Assembly: GCA_951406725.2 (NCBI GenBank)
Contig: OX597826.1
Location: 27,032,001-27,096,000 of the forward strand
Source: Octopus vulgaris
Lineage: Eukaryota
Direction: 5' to 3'
Length of the DNA stretch: 64,000 nt
Part shown: positions 1 through 17,772 of the stretch, in pieces
Position numbering within the stretch: position 1 is the stretch's first letter
Layout: each line of letters opens with the position of its first letter
The notes under the pieces: model-generated
What the model saw: the letters and a program-made list of their open reading frames with translations, nothing else
What the model was told of the DNA's origin: nothing
The model's database searches: none
Program-made: the position numbers and the translations under genes

Positions 1-434
1 GTATATGCACATATATATATAGGTATATATGTATATATATATCCTTTTGTCAATAGGAGTTAATATTTACGTAATGATACGCTGAGAATACAAGCAGAGA
101 CACACATACACAGACACACACTTATAGACTGACAGATATGAATATATAGGTCTATAAATATATGTGTACATACATAAACACGTACATATATATACTTATG
201 TAAGTATATAAGTATTACGAAGAAAATAACATTCCTTGAAATATGGCTTATTTGGCATATGATCTCAACACCTTATTTAATTTCCATGGTATTGTCGGAC
301 AAGCGAAGCGACTGGCTATTGCGAACAATGATATCTAATTGACAACGTTGCTGCTGTATATTTAGCGATATGCGCTTGCCAATTGATATATATATTTAAT
401 ACATCCCATACAGTCATAGTATTTTACCTTATGA

Positions 435-484
435 CACTAGACATGAAAACACGAGCATGCTGTATATACATCGATGCCTATATT

Positions 485-529
<45 letters not shown>

Positions 530-554
530 GTATGTATGTATGTATGTATGTATG

Positions 555-595
<41 letters not shown>

Positions 596-752
596 GTATG
601 TATATATGTATATATATATACATATATACATATACATATTTATGTACATATATTTACATGCATCTCTAGATACAATATATATATATTTGTATGCACACAC
701 ACACACACACACACACACATGCACACAGACACACAGACACACACACACACAT

Positions 753-822
<70 letters not shown>
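435..822. repeat. Compound microsatellite (TATG)n/(TA)n/(CA)n, representative of dozens in the window
   Basis: Direct reading; it explains the YI/CV/HT-repeat ORFs in the ORF track. Confidence 0.95.
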
Positions 823-824
<2 letters not shown>

Positions 825-1512
825 ACCAGTGCGGTAAGGTCGTTCGATATTTCATGTGACAGTGACAACGAAGTCTGCAGATTAATTGGCGATTTGTTGT
901 TCATATCTTCAAATAGATATCTTCAGACATCGTTCTCTTCCCTATTGACTTCTAATCGACCCAAAAAGGGGAAGTTGATTTTCAAATCATTGACTATTGT
1001 ATATCTATTTTACATCAAGTTTTTTTTTCTTCTTTACCTCCCACTCTTGTCGACGAAATTCTAATATCTTTACAGAACCAACAGTGATTGAAAGAAATAT
1101 TTTGCAAGTTTCAACAACTTACCAGTAACTTCGTTTCATTTTATAAATTTAACATTATTTTGTATATTATTTCATATTTCAGGCTTCTTATGCAGTCAAA
1201 GAACACTGATAAAGTTTAAGCAATGTCAAACTAAGATTCAATGAAATGTAATAATATGATGGAAGTTATATTATGTCATTTATATTATTAAGAAATAATA
1301 TTGCATAAAGATGACACAGGTGAGATATTTGAAATGAAATACAGCTTAAAATATATAAATATGTGTCTACACAGCGCATCTGTATCTGTGAATGCGTTAG
1401 TGTGCGTGCACGCATGCGTGTGTGTGTGTTCCGAAATCTCTAAGTAAATATCTTATTATAATGCGTATAACTCTCTCTCTCTCTCTCTCTCTCTCAATCA
1501 ATCAATCAATCA

Positions 1513-1586
<74 letters not shown>

Positions 1587-1612
1587 GCCTATACGTGCGC
1601 ATGTACACACAT

Positions 1613-1665
<53 letters not shown>

Positions 1666-1686
1666 TGCACATGCTCGCACCTGTAT

Positions 1687-1820
<134 letters not shown>

Positions 1821-1826
1821 CATACA

Positions 1827-2044
1827 TAGAAGGGGATGATGAAAAGTTCCTGGTTTGAAGGGATCCAAGAAAGGCCTGGTTGCAGGAACAAATTTCAGTG
1901 TTCTTTTTCAGGGCTTAGGAAAACTAAAGGACCGCTAAAATAATCCTCTGAATCTAAGAGGTTTGTTAAATAAAATAATAATTAACTCACCCTCCTGTAT
2001 TTTCTTTTACTCGAAATCCGGAATTTTTCAGTGTCCCCTCGTGT
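1827..2044 (+). mobile_element. Mariner-derived MITE / internally deleted element
   Basis: Imperfect TIRs: left GAAGGGGATGATGAAAAGTTCCTGG; right end reverse complement CGAGGGGACACTGAAAAATTCCGG. Internal AAACTAAAGGACCGC...AATCTAAGAGG resembles a mariner C-terminus (KLKDR..NLRG). Confidence 0.6.
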
Positions 2045-2258
2045 AAGTATGTATTTATATATATATAAACATATGCATATATATGTTTGTGTATTTGTGC
2101 TTTTATCTCTCTCTCTCTATCTATCTATCTTCACATGTACATATGTGTTTATGTATAAACACGGACAGACAGACGAATAGACAGAGAGACAGACAGACAG
2201 ATAGATACAGACAAACATAGGTAAGTAGATAGGTAGATAAATAGACAGACAAACAGAT

Positions 2259-2289
<31 letters not shown>

Positions 2290-2389
2290 GAGATAGATAG
2301 ATAAATAGATAGATAGACAGAAGATACATAGATAGATAGATAGCTAGATAGATAGATAGATAGATAGATAGACAGATAGACAGATAGAC

Positions 2390-2456
<67 letters not shown>

Positions 2457-2478
2457 CACAGACAAGCAGACAAACAGA

Positions 2479-2606
2479 TATGTTTCTTTATTGGTCACAC
2501 AGGGCTGAACACAGAGGAGACAAAATACATGGACAAAATGTGGATATTTCGATCAAAAGGGATCGTGGAAAAAAAGGCCGATCAATCGGGATCGTGTATC
2601 ACAGTC
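2479..2606 (-). mobile_element. 3'-terminal fragment of the Tx1-like LINE, embedded in GATA/GACA repeats
   Basis: TGTTTCTTTATTGGTCACACAGGGCTGAACACAGA matches the 3' end of the element at 8572; GATA-type repeats on both sides. Confidence 0.8.
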
Positions 2607-2665
2607 AAACAGATAGATAGATAGAGGGATAGTTAGATAGATAGATAGTTAGTTAGTTAGTTAGT

Positions 2666-2720
<55 letters not shown>

Positions 2721-2758
2721 ACAGACAGACAAACAGATATATATATATATATATATAT

Positions 2759-2812
<54 letters not shown>

Positions 2813-3288
2813 TGATAGATAGATATATAGATAGATAGATAGATAGACAGATAGACAGACAGACAGACAGACAGATAAATACGGAACTGATTTACGTTAA
2901 ATTTCATTCGTATATATTTGGGAGCGTTTCAAATCATATCACATATATAAACGATAGATTAAAAGTAAAGCCTTAAACTAAATATCTACCCAACTACTTT
3001 TCACAGTCATTTTCGAAATTACTTATATATAAGCCAAAAGATTTGCGATACCAATGTATATCTTCATTTCATATGGGAATATTATAAAAGTCGCCACAGT
3101 TACATTTCGAAATTTCAAGTGTATTCTATTATGTTATTATAACTACTGCTATAATGAACAGAGGTATACATTTGATTGTCATTCTCTTAAGACGCAGTCT
3201 CAAATTTTCGTTAACAGATCAACAATGTGAGTGTATGTATTCGCATGAGTGTTTGTGCGTCAGTGTTGTAGTATATATAACTATATCA

Positions 3289-3398
<110 letters not shown>

Positions 3399-3401
3399 CT
3401 A

Positions 3402-3563
3402 GGCAGGGTACTGGCTGTGTGGTGAGTAGCTTGCTTCTCACCCACATGGTTCCGGGGTCAGTCCCACTGCGTGGCAACTTGGGCTAGTGTCTTCTGTTAT
3501 AATCTCGGGTCGACCAAAGCTTTGTGAGTGGATTTGGTAGAGGGAAACTGAAAGAAGCCCGTC

Positions 3564-3566
<3 letters not shown>
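3402..3566 (+). mobile_element. tRNA-derived SINE family A (5' half)
   Basis: A/B-box-like head TGGCTGTGTGG...GGGGTCAGTCCC and body CGACCAAAGC.TTGTGAGTGGATTTGGTAG...GAAAGAAGCCCGTCG, repeated more than 10 times in the window. Confidence 0.85.
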
Positions 3567-3624
<58 letters not shown>

Positions 3625-4080
3625 AGTGTATTCATCTATCAAGCCATCTCTCTCTCTATATATATTAATATAGATAGATAGCTACATACACACACATATA
3701 CACACAGACATACACACAAACGCACACACACATATATGCAGAGCGAAACTGAGATAGACAGAGTCCGAGAATGAAAAATAACGTAAACCTATATTCCAAC
3801 CTAAATCGATAATACTAAAAATCAATACAGGATCGAATACATTATATATATATATATGTCTGTATGGAGTCTAGTCACTAATTAAGGCCGCAACACCTCA
3901 CAAAGGTTCATTTGTTTCCGCACCCAGTTTTATAACTTTTCATAGGTGAGATATATTACCACCTCGAGAAGGATGAAACTATGTATCGAAACACATGTAG
4001 CTTTGTAGGGTGTTAATGCGTTAATTACTGTATGTGTGCGTGTCTGTGTATGTATGTTTGTGTGCTTGTGTGTGTAAGTT

Positions 4081-4141
<61 letters not shown>

Positions 4142-4200
4142 GTATGCATATATGTATGGTAAATATATACATACACACACACACACACAGACACACACAG

Positions 4201-4238
<38 letters not shown>

Positions 4239-4254
4239 TTATATATATATATAT

Positions 4255-7008
<2,754 letters not shown>

Positions 7009-7266
7009 GCATAGCAGGTACCATCGTATTTTTTAAACTTACCTGCACGGTACCCTCATAGTTTTAAAACTTGAATATCTACTAATATTAATAATTTTCA
7101 TAATATATTTGCATTATATATGTGTATATATATATATATATACATATGTATGTATATGTGTGCATGTGTGTATACATGCGCGCGCGTGTCTAGGCTCGCA
7201 TTTCTCTACATATAAATATACGTATATACTTTATACATCTTTATGTATATACTGTATATATATATG

Positions 7267-7325
<59 letters not shown>

Positions 7326-7539
7326 AATATATACACACACATAGACACACACACATTCGAACACAAACACACGCACGCACATGTATATATCCACATATGA
7401 ATTATTTTATATATGTTTGTTTTTATTTCTTCCTTGTGATATTCAAATTTTTATCATGTGACTACAAACAAAGATGGTACACCACGTTAAATGCAAATCT
7501 TACATTTTATGTTATAGAATACATAAAGGATTATATACA

Positions 7540-7690
7540 GGCGCAGAAGTGGTTACGTGGTATGTAGCTTGCTTCCCAACCTCATGGCTTCGGGTTCAGT
7601 CTCACTGCGTGGAATCTTCGACCACTGTTTTCTACTATAGCTGCAGGCTGACCAAAACCTGGAGAGTGGATTTGATAGACGGAAACTGAA
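7540..7690 (+). mobile_element. SINE family A (5' half)
   Basis: GGCGCAGAAGTGGTTACGTGG...GGGTTCAGTCTCACTGCGTGG...GACGGAAACTGAA. Confidence 0.8.
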
Positions 7691-8082
7691 ACAAATCGAC
7701 CTTAGGACTATTCTTTGTAAGCTAAGTATATATTCTATCAGTCTTTTGCTGAACCGCCAAGTTACGGGAAAGTATACACACCACCATCGATTGTGAAGCG
7801 ATGGTGGGGGACAAACACAGACACAAATACATACATGCATTCATATACACACACATACACACATATATATATATATATACATACATACACACACACATAT
7901 ATATATATATATATGTATGTATATACGATGGGATTTTTTCAGTTTTTGTCTGCCAAATCCACTCACAAGATCGGCCCGAGGCCATAGTAGACGACACTTT
8001 CTCAAGGTCCCACAAAGTGGAACTGAACCTGGAACCATGTAGTTGGGAATCATGCTTCTTAGCACACAGCCACTCCTGCGCC
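7691..8082 (-). mobile_element. SINE family A, near full length with internal (CA)/(TA) tract
   Basis: Reverse complement of the family A consensus; ends CACAGCCACTCCTGCGCC on the + strand. Confidence 0.85.
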
Positions 8083-8174
8083 TATATATATATATATATA
8101 TATATATTTCTTACATACACACATATATATTTACATTCACATACAGGTAAATATTGGTTTCCAGGTTTCGTACA

Positions 8175-8325
8175 GGGTCAGTGCTCAACTGGTACTTAAT
8201 TCACTGATCCCGAAAGGATGACAGGCAATGTGAAGCTCGGCGGAATTTATATGCAGAATGTAAACACGGACGAAATGCCGCTGACCATTTTCTCTGGCGT
8301 GCTAAGAATCCCACTATTCAGCTGC
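8175..8325 (-). mobile_element. SINE family B fragment
   Basis: CTGGTACTTAATT...CCCGAAAGGATGA...CTCGGCGGAATTT...GACGAAATGCCGCT matches the copies at 34314 and 52684. Confidence 0.75.
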
Positions 8326-8443
8326 TTTAATGCACATAATTATTGATCTATCATAATGAATAAATTTTCACACATAGATAGATAGACAGATAGATAGATA
8401 AATAGATATATAGATAGATAGATAGGTAGGTAAATAGATAGAG

Positions 8444-8500
<57 letters not shown>

Positions 8501-8503
8501 TAC

Positions 8504-8571
<68 letters not shown>

Positions 8572-8572
<1 letters not shown>

Positions 8573-11500
8573 TGTTTCTTTATTAGCCACACAGGGCTGC
8601 ACACAGACGGGACATATTACAAAGTAGAGCTTTTCTTTTTGGGAGTAAAAAAAGTGGGGTAGGTTTTATATCAAAAGGGATCGTAAAAGGGAAAGAAGAA
8701 AAAAAGAATAAAGGTAAAAGAAATAAAAGAAAAGAAAAAAGAAAAAAGAAGGAAAAAGAAAAAAGGGAAAAAAAGATCAATAGGGATCGTGTATTACAGT
8801 GTAAGGTGTAAAGAGGGAAGCAGATAATGTTTATCCGTGGGAAGAAAAGCCTACGGTAACCTCGGTCAATATTGTTACATGTTTCCACATTTGTTTGCAA
8901 GTGGGTAACCCTCTGTTTTCAATTTCTGGGTTCATAGGATTATGCTCAAGGTGGCTTCGTCATTAATACGTGCCATTCTTGCTACATTCACCCATCTCTT
9001 TTTAAAACATTCGCTAGATAAAACTTGCCTCTCTACTCTCATTTTCCTTTTCAAGTGATACTCGAAGAAGTTGATGAGAGATTGACCAGAGAGGAAAGTG
9101 TCTCTAATCCTTTCAGACGCGTCCACCAGATACATTCTTTCGCCATAGCCACAAGGATGATGAAAATAGCTCTTCCTTCCCGTTTGAAGGAAGGAGGCGT
9201 GAGAATATTGACGATAGACTCAGCTGATAAACCGACTCGTCCCACACGTGACAGCAGTTGTTCGACATAAGCCCACAGGTCGGAAATTGTTGGACACTGC
9301 ACGATTGCGTGCAGAACGGTTTTGTCGCTCTGACCGCATCTCGGGCAGGTCGTCCCTGTGTTTCTCGGGCCGTGTCTGTAGAGCTTATCCCGAACGGGTA
9401 GCGCTTCTAGGTAGCACTGCCAGGCCAGGGATCTCTCCCAGTTGTCCATGGGTCCTGCCCCGAAAGTCGTCCTGAACAGGCGGGTCAGGTATTCTTCATC
9501 GACATCCAGGTTCGCCCCGAGCTCGTCGTCGTACCTCCTCTCCAGTAATCCCCTATAGAATGCTTGGGTTGTGTTGGAGTCACTCAAGGTCGACCCGGGA
9601 CGGCAGAGTTGTTTGAGAGCAACGCGACACTCGCGGTGCCATTCGCCCTTCCTCGGCCTCTTTTTGATCCACGACTGCAGTTCAGTCATGGAGACGAGTT
9701 GCGGGAAAGCGTGCCTCACAAACGGCGACCACACCTGTTCACCGTCGTCTACGTAGAGCCTGAGATGTCGCAGTCTCAGCGCGTGTCTGCGCATCATCAA
9801 CCACGGCATGCCCAGTCCTCCTTTTAACGGGTGTTTACAGCAAATGGATCGCCTGACCATCGGGACGCATCCTTTCCACAAGAAGCGAAAGAGAATGCGT
9901 TCTAGTTTGGTGATGGTAGGGCGGTAGTAGATGACGGACGTGATGTACGAATTCGCCACCTCCGCCCGACCATTTAGGGACACTTTCCTCTCGGCCCATT
10001 GCCGGGCGTAGTGACCACCCTGCTCGTTATCTCGTTCCAGTTCTTCTCCATTTGAGGTCCGGTCCAAACCAGACCCCAAGAAACTCGACCGGACCGTCGG
10101 TCCAGCGTCCCACGAAGGAGGCGCTGGTGGACGGCATGGGCTTGCTTCTCCAGGTACCGAGTCGCAAGCCCACTGATTTTTCCCGGTTGATTTTCGCTCC
10201 TGTCACCGCTTCGTAGACACTATGACGGTGACATCGTCCGCGTATGCAGACACGTTCGTCCCGCATCCCAGTTCTCGCGTGATGCCCCTCAGAGTTGCCA
10301 GCTTCCGCAATAATGGCTCGAGATTCAATACGTAGAGAAGCGATAAGAGGGGGCATCCCTGACGGACCGAACGTGCGATGTCGAAAGATCTCGATAGTTG
10401 TCCATTTACGCGAATTACTGAACGGATGCCCGTGTACAAAGCGGCTATCCAGCCGCGGACAACGGGACCGAAGCCAGCCGCTCTGAGGACTGCCTCCAAG
10501 TATCGATGGTCTACCCTATCGAAAGCTTTCGATTGATCCAAATTGATCAGCTCCCCATCCATGCCAGGTTCCTTAACTACCCTGTCTATGATGTAGTGCA
10601 TCAGGTGGAGGTTGTCATGGATGCTCCAGCCCGTCTCGGCGCACGTTTGCGCCTTGTCGACCAGTTTCTCGATGACAAGCGCCAACCTCTTGGCTAACAC
10701 CTTTGCCAAAATTTTCAAGTTTGCATCAAGCAGAGTGATGGGCCTAAAGTTATCTATTACATTCCCCTTGTTTAGATCTTTCTTCAGCAGTGTTACGGCT
10801 CCTCAGCTCACAAAACCAGGAATGCACCCGTTTTGCTGCCAGTTGCATTACACCGCTGCCAAGACGTCTCCAAACAAGTCTGGCATACAACTGTAAAGCT
10901 CGTAGTGTAGACCATCCAAACCAGGCGATTTGTCCCTCGAGCATTCTGCCATCACGTCCTGCACTTCCACCGCCGTGATGGCACCGTCGCAGCACTTTGC
11001 CTCTCTTGCCGAGAGTCGTGGTAGGCTGTGCAGGTAGGCACTGAAGTCCACCCTGCGTTCACGCTCGCCACTCGTCCCGTACAGTCGGGCAAAATGCTGT
11101 TGAAAGGCCTCACACATTTTACTTGGCTCGAGCAATTCGCGCCCCTCTTCATCTACCAGAGACCGAATGGTGGCTTTGTTGCCCTGTTGCGCCTCTGCCA
11201 CCTGGGCCTCTCTCTCGGCTCCAACACCTTCGTTCCTTAGAGCACGCATCCTAGCTCTGACAACACACCCTTCGTATTTGGTGTTGAAGTGCTGGTCGAG
11301 GGCCAACCTCGCCGCCAAAACGTCGGATGCGATGCCACTTCTAATTGCCTCTTCTAGCTTCTTAACTAGCTCACCCTCTACTCTATTTCTCTCTATGGCT
11401 AGTGCTTTGCTGTACCTAATCGCTTCTGCTTTTCCTGCTCTCTTGAGGGGAAACCACCATTTGTTGTTGACGATGGCTCCCGCCAAAGCCCTCTTTACTA

Positions 11501-11892
11501 GTGTGCAAATCCGGTCTCTGAAAACCTGTCTCGATGGGAAAGACGCGTTTAGTTTCCAGTATCCGGGACCCTGCCTATGTGTCTTACCTAACTCTAGCGT
11601 ACATGTCACAAGTTTGTGATCCGTGTAACTGACTATGTGGGATTGTGGACATCCTATGCTATCTCTATCTACTGTCCTACACCGTATCCTATCTAGATAC
11701 AATCTCGACGACCCGATGCGGTTGCTCCATCTCGTTGGCGCATTCGGGTGGTCTAGTTGGAACCTGTCAGACAGTTGAAAGCGTCTGAGCAGGTCTCTAA
11801 GGCATTTACATCCCCGTCTATTCCTATCTCTGCCCACGTAGTCCAAGGAAGCATTCCAATCCCCCACTAAGAGTAAAGGATGAGACGTTCCC

Positions 11893-11894
<2 letters not shown>
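8572..11894 (-). mobile_element. Tx1/L1-clade LINE, 5'-truncated ORF2 pseudogene (APE-RT-CCHC)
   Basis: LVGDWN, YLDRI, TDHK, GPGYWKLN (endonuclease); KSPGLDGL, RPITLL, KILAKVLAKRL, IHDNL, LDQSKAFDRVDH, SVRQGCPL, AYADDVTV (RT); CPRCGQSDKTVLHAIVQC (zinc knuckle). Split by frameshifts over ORFs 10848-12179, 10203-10718, 10027-10356 and 9051-10079. (GATA)n on both flanks. Confidence 0.95.
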
Positions 11895-11978
<84 letters not shown>

Positions 11979-11979
<1 letters not shown>

Positions 11980-12177
11980 CTTTCTTTATTGGCCACACAG
12001 GGCTGGACACAGAGGGGACAAATACAAATGTAGAGCTTTTCTTTTCGAAGATGGAAATGGAAAAGGAGAAAAGGGGAAACAAATGTAAAATTTCGATCAA
12101 AAGGTGATCGGAGAAAAAAAAATAAAAAAGAATTGTGTATTACAGAATGAAAATGTTTTTTCTTCAAAGTAACAAAC

Positions 12178-12179
<2 letters not shown>
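11979..12179 (-). mobile_element. 3'-terminal fragment of the Tx1-like LINE in (GATA)n
   Basis: TTTCTTTATTGGCCACACAGGGCTGGACACAGAGGGGACAAATAC matches the 8572 end; GATA tracts at 11895-11978 and 12180-12253. Confidence 0.85.
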
Positions 12180-12254
<75 letters not shown>

Positions 12255-12587
12255 TCACACATGCATATCTATATATGATGTTGTAGTATTGAGAAACTAA
12301 TTTCAGTATTCAGATTCCGAGCAATGGCACTGTGTATCTGCTGCTCGGATATGCTCAACAGAAACCAGGTAGATATTATTTTATCAAGATACGACAAAAT
12401 TCGAAATTGTCACCTGAAGGTACGTGCATGAAAGCAAACAGGTGCATCAAAGCAAATAGCCAAGGTAAGTAATGGATTAATGAACCTTGTAAATCGCATA
12501 TATAGTTGTGTTCGTCCAATTCAATTGTTTTGTGATAACTCGTGATTTTCTCTGAGTTATCACGAGTTGTTTTGTACATGTCACTCG

Positions 12588-12946
12588 ACCGCTTTTAGTC
12601 GAACAAATCAACCCCAGGAGTTATTCTTTGTATACCTAGCACTTATTCTATCGTTCACTTTTGACGAACCGCAAAGTTACGGGGACGTAAACATGTCAAC
12701 ATCAGTTGTCATGTGATGGTAGGGGGACAAACGCAGACATAAATACACACACATACACACACAAACACACATACAAAAACACACACACATATACGGCGGG
12801 CTTCTTTCAATTTCCGTCTACCAAATCCACTCACAATGCTTTGGTCAGCCCTTGGCTATAGTAGAAGACCCATTCTCAAAGTACGACGCAGAGGGACTGA
12901 ACCCGGAACCATGTGACTGGTAAGCAAGTTACTTGCCGCACAGCCA
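12588..12946 (-). mobile_element. SINE family A
   Basis: Matches the family A consensus, including the internal CA tract. Confidence 0.85.
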
Positions 12947-13460
12947 TCCATGTATGTAAATCTTTTGGGGAACTGGTTCTCGAAGTAACTTTAATGCTTT
13001 ACACAACATGTATATATTGCGCTGAAAGCTTAATTTCAATAGAAACATTCGAGTGCTACCCAGCTGCCCATGGGTCATCTCGTAACCGAAAAGTTCCAAT
13101 AATTACATGGTGTTATTTATAGATCTATATATACTTTGAGCACCCTAATGGAGTAATTCTTCGTTTTCTTGTATGTTTATGAACTCTGATGACGTCAACA
13201 CAAAACTGTACCTAAATTTATATCTATAACTTGTTTCCTGGTATGTACCTATACATCTATATCTAGCTATACCGTTTTTTCTTTCCCCCTGTCTCTCTCT
13301 CTCTCATATATATACATATCTGCGTGTGTGTATATATATATATATATGTGTGTGTATATGTATACATATATATATTTATTTATATGTATATATATGTATA
13401 TGCATATATATGTATATGTAGGCATATATATATATATATATATATACATATATATATGTG

Positions 13461-13502
<42 letters not shown>

Positions 13503-13518
13503 CATATAGAAATACATA

Positions 13519-13579
<61 letters not shown>

Positions 13580-13915
13580 CCATGTATGTTCTCAAGCGAT
13601 GCTTCTCTCTACGTGTACACATATACGTACCTAAACTTTTGTGCGCGTATTTGGACAAAAGCATGCGTGTTTGCATGTGTGTATGTGTGTATATTTATTC
13701 ATATGTATGAGTATTTATCTCTCGTTGCATAGCATGTGTCTATACGTATAACATTATTTACCTCACCTTCCATGTCGACCACTTCACTCCAAGATGAACG
13801 CCTACCACCCCCTTCTTAGCTCATTACAATTGTTATCTGTTTTTTGCTCTCAAAAAACTTTTCAATATATTATTATCATTGTTGTAATCTTTATTATTTT
13901 TTCTTTCCATTACGT

Positions 13916-13986
<71 letters not shown>

Positions 13987-14337
13987 GTTATTATTGTTAT
14001 TAAGATTATTCATTTTTCCTCTTCACCTCTTTAATCCTCTCTTAATCTTCGTTATATCTTTACTTCTCCTAATTCACTTCCTTTCTTACCCCTTTTTTTT
14101 CTATCCCGCTTTCCTTGCTTATCTTCCATTATATTCTTTGCCATCTTCCATTGTTTTGTTCACATCCTTTACTTTTTAATTTTGTTGTTTTTCTGTTCAC
14201 ACATATTTGCTTGTCTTTATGTATTTTCTTTTCATCTTATCTTCCTGTATTTACGTATTTGTATTGTTAACATTTTTTTTATTTCTACATTTCCCTTTCT
14301 CGAGTTTAGGAGACGAGCACACACACACACACGTATT

Positions 14338-14397
<60 letters not shown>

Positions 14398-14629
14398 AAT
14401 ATATATATATATATGTACACAAATATATATATATATACATATATACACTTACATACGTATATGTATATATGTATATATACATACATATATGTACATATGC
14501 AGACATATATATTATATACTTACATACATGTATATATATATGTATATATATATATATATATATACACATACATATTCTATTAATGTTATCCTTCCACATT
14601 TATGGGGTTATTTTTGTTATCTTTACTAT

Positions 14630-14658
14630 ATTATCATTATTATTATTATTACTACTAC

Positions 14659-14712
<54 letters not shown>

Positions 14713-14719
14713 AACTACT

Positions 14720-14787
<68 letters not shown>

Positions 14788-14793
14788 TACTAC

Positions 14794-14862
<69 letters not shown>

Positions 14863-14875
14863 CATCATCATCATT
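14630..14875. repeat. (ATT)n microsatellite (another at 13917-14000)
   Basis: Direct reading. Confidence 0.95.
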
Positions 14876-15067
14876 AGATTGTTGTTTTCGTTGTTATTAT
14901 GATTATTTTGTAGAAGCGGAGATTTGTTCTAACTTTGGCTTATCTTTATTTTTTTTCCTGTTATATTTTGTTTAATTATTTCATATTTAATCATATTCAT
15001 TTTTCTCTACTCCTACATATATATACATACATACATATATATATATATATTTATATACATGTATATA

Positions 15068-15114
<47 letters not shown>

Positions 15115-15159
15115 CATAAATATGCATATGTAAATATATGTTTAATATGTATTTCGAAT

Positions 15160-15203
<44 letters not shown>

Positions 15204-16003
15204 CATATATGTACCTATATATGTATGTGTGTGTGGTTATGTATTTATAAGACTACAAATGGAGTGTGTGTGTGTGTGTTAGCTTGTGTATGCTCGCATT
15301 TCATTTTCTTTTTCTTTGTTTGTTTGTTTCAATTATTGTTCAAGTAGTGAGAGAAGGGGTTGTGTGCAACGCAAAAGAGGGGGTGAAAGATGAAGAGGAA
15401 ATTGGAGGGTTCGGAGAGGTGAAAAGATTATTACAAAGTAGATTGAGGAGGAGGGCATTTGAGAAGCTATATACTAAGACACAAACAGACATATATACAT
15501 GCATACACATATATATACATACATACACGTATACATACACACAGATATATGTTTATATGTGTTTGTGTATGTCCATGTAATCGCTTATACATCCGAATGC
15601 GTGTGTGTCTTTGTGTTTCGAGGAAGTACGTGTGTGTGTGTTGTGTCACATATACAAGTTTACATAGATATATGCAAAGGAGCGCATGTTTGCCCAATCG
15701 TAATGTACATGTATGTGTGTGTGTGTGTGTGTGTTTGTGTGTGTTTGTGTGTGTGTGTATGTCTGCGTAAATATTTATAGATATGATGAGGACTTTAAAA
15801 ATCGCTGATAAACAATTGACAAGCATACTGATAAAAAACTCTACACTCACAGAGAAAAAGTATTAGCAAGTACGCACACACACACACACGCATATATATA
15901 TATGTATCTCTCTCTCTCTCTCTCTCTGCATATATACACACACAAATATACTTGCAGATGTATATTATGACGAATACATTTATGCATACATGTATGCATA
16001 TAA

Positions 16004-16092
<89 letters not shown>

Positions 16093-16217
16093 CATATACA
16101 CAAAGAGAGAAAGAGAGAGATTGAAAGAGAGAGTGTCACATATACATATATAGACATATATGTGTGTGTGTGTGTGTGTGTGTACTTGGTAATATTTCCT
16201 CTATGGTTGTATAGTTA

Positions 16218-16263
<46 letters not shown>

Positions 16264-16292
16264 TATACATATATATACATATATGTATATGT

Positions 16293-16360
16293 ACGGCGGT
16301 GCCCCAGCATGGCCACGGCTCGTGAGCTGAAACTAGATAAAATAAAATAAAATTAAATTA
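16293..16360 (+). mobile_element. Extreme 3' stub of a CR1-like LINE with (TAAAA)n tail
   Basis: CGGCGGTGCCCCAGCATGGCCACGGCTCGTGAGCTGAAAC matches the LINE 3' end at 4255-4301. Similar stubs at 24262-24305 and 38431-38460. Confidence 0.7.
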
Positions 16361-16488
16361 AATATATATATACGTATGTATGTATGTATATTTATATATA
16401 CATATATGTAATGTATTTTTGTGTGTAAGTGTATGTATATATATCAATATATATACATATATATATCTATATATTATATATACATACA

Positions 16489-16528
<40 letters not shown>

Positions 16529-16550
16529 TCTGTGTGTGTGTGTGTGTGTG

Positions 16551-17587
16551 TACAGTGTGCGATGAATAAACTGTCGTCTAAATTACGCACAAATGAGAAT
16601 AACACTGACATCTTATTTTAACAGATATACTTACCAAACTGACATAAAAATATCTTGAAATACTAAAAGGTAAATTTACTCAATAAAAATTGCCATTGAC
16701 GTCAACGACAGCCTGCAGATGACTTCGGAATCTCCTGCAACTCTTCTGGAGCATCTCCTTGTGTAATTTGATTAATGTCACGATAATTCTTGCCTTGAGG
16801 TCATCTTTCATGTTACAAATAGTTTGTTGGCCTCTCGCTCAACTGTGCCTCATACATACTTATCAAGGGGGTAACAGGTTGGAGAGTTAAGTTCCCAGAT
16901 GTTAGGGTTGATGTTGTCGCAGAAACTATCTGACTGCTATCACTGGGTTCTCCTGCTTGTGTGGCATGGTGCAGAGTCTTGTTGCCAGACATAGGGTCTT
17001 CCAGCAGCCACCTTCTTCACCCAGTGTAGCACTACCTCTTCAAGGCACTTGATATAGGTCTCCCTGTTGACTTTGAGACTGTAAGAGAAACTGATTGGAG
17101 GTGTAACATCGCCATCACTAGTAATCTCTCCAAATACTATGATTTTGAGTGGAACATTTATTTTTTTGTCTCTGGAGATCGATCTGATTGACTTGGAGGC
17201 ATCGTTATCAAACATAACCTGGGTCTCTTCAATAAATTCAGGAAATATTTTCTCAACAGAATGATCAGAGTCAGTTTTCCGAGATGCCGTACCTTCGTAA
17301 TCACCATTAGAGTCATCCAACTCTTTGCGAATCCTCTGCACTGTTCTCAGATTGACACCGAAACATTCTGAAATGTTCGTATTGGAGCTTCTGATGCGAA
17401 TGCCAAGCAGTACAGCATGTCCTTTTCAGAATTCTGGCAGAGTGGATTGCGTCATGGTGCTGTGTTTCTCACAGACGGTGCCCAACTGCCCCTACTAGAC
17501 TGTGTAATCGACAAAATCAAATCAATAAATGCGTATGCGCGAAGTTAATAGCATAAAATGGCGAAAATTTACCCATCGCACATATAC
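16551..17587 (-). mobile_element. Tc1/mariner superfamily DD37D (maT-like) transposon, defective
   Basis: TIRs TACAGTGTGCGATGAATAAACTGTCGTC and (reverse complement) TATATGTGCGATGGGTAAATTTTCGCC. Transposase remnant VWQQDSAPCHTSRRTQ**QSDSFCDNINPNIWELNSPTCYPLD has 37 residues between the second and third Asp; in-frame stops and internal deletion. Confidence 0.88.
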
Positions 17588-17615
17588 ACACTCACGCACT
17601 ATATATATCTATATC

Positions 17616-17743
<128 letters not shown>

Positions 17744-17772
17744 GTGTGTGTGTGTGTATGTTTGTATGTATA

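Noticed and set aside
10848-12179. 443-aa ORF as a full gene with N-terminal extension
   Set aside because: The first about 95 aa come from a separate Tx1 3' fragment and a (TATC)n tract; only the remainder is ORF2.
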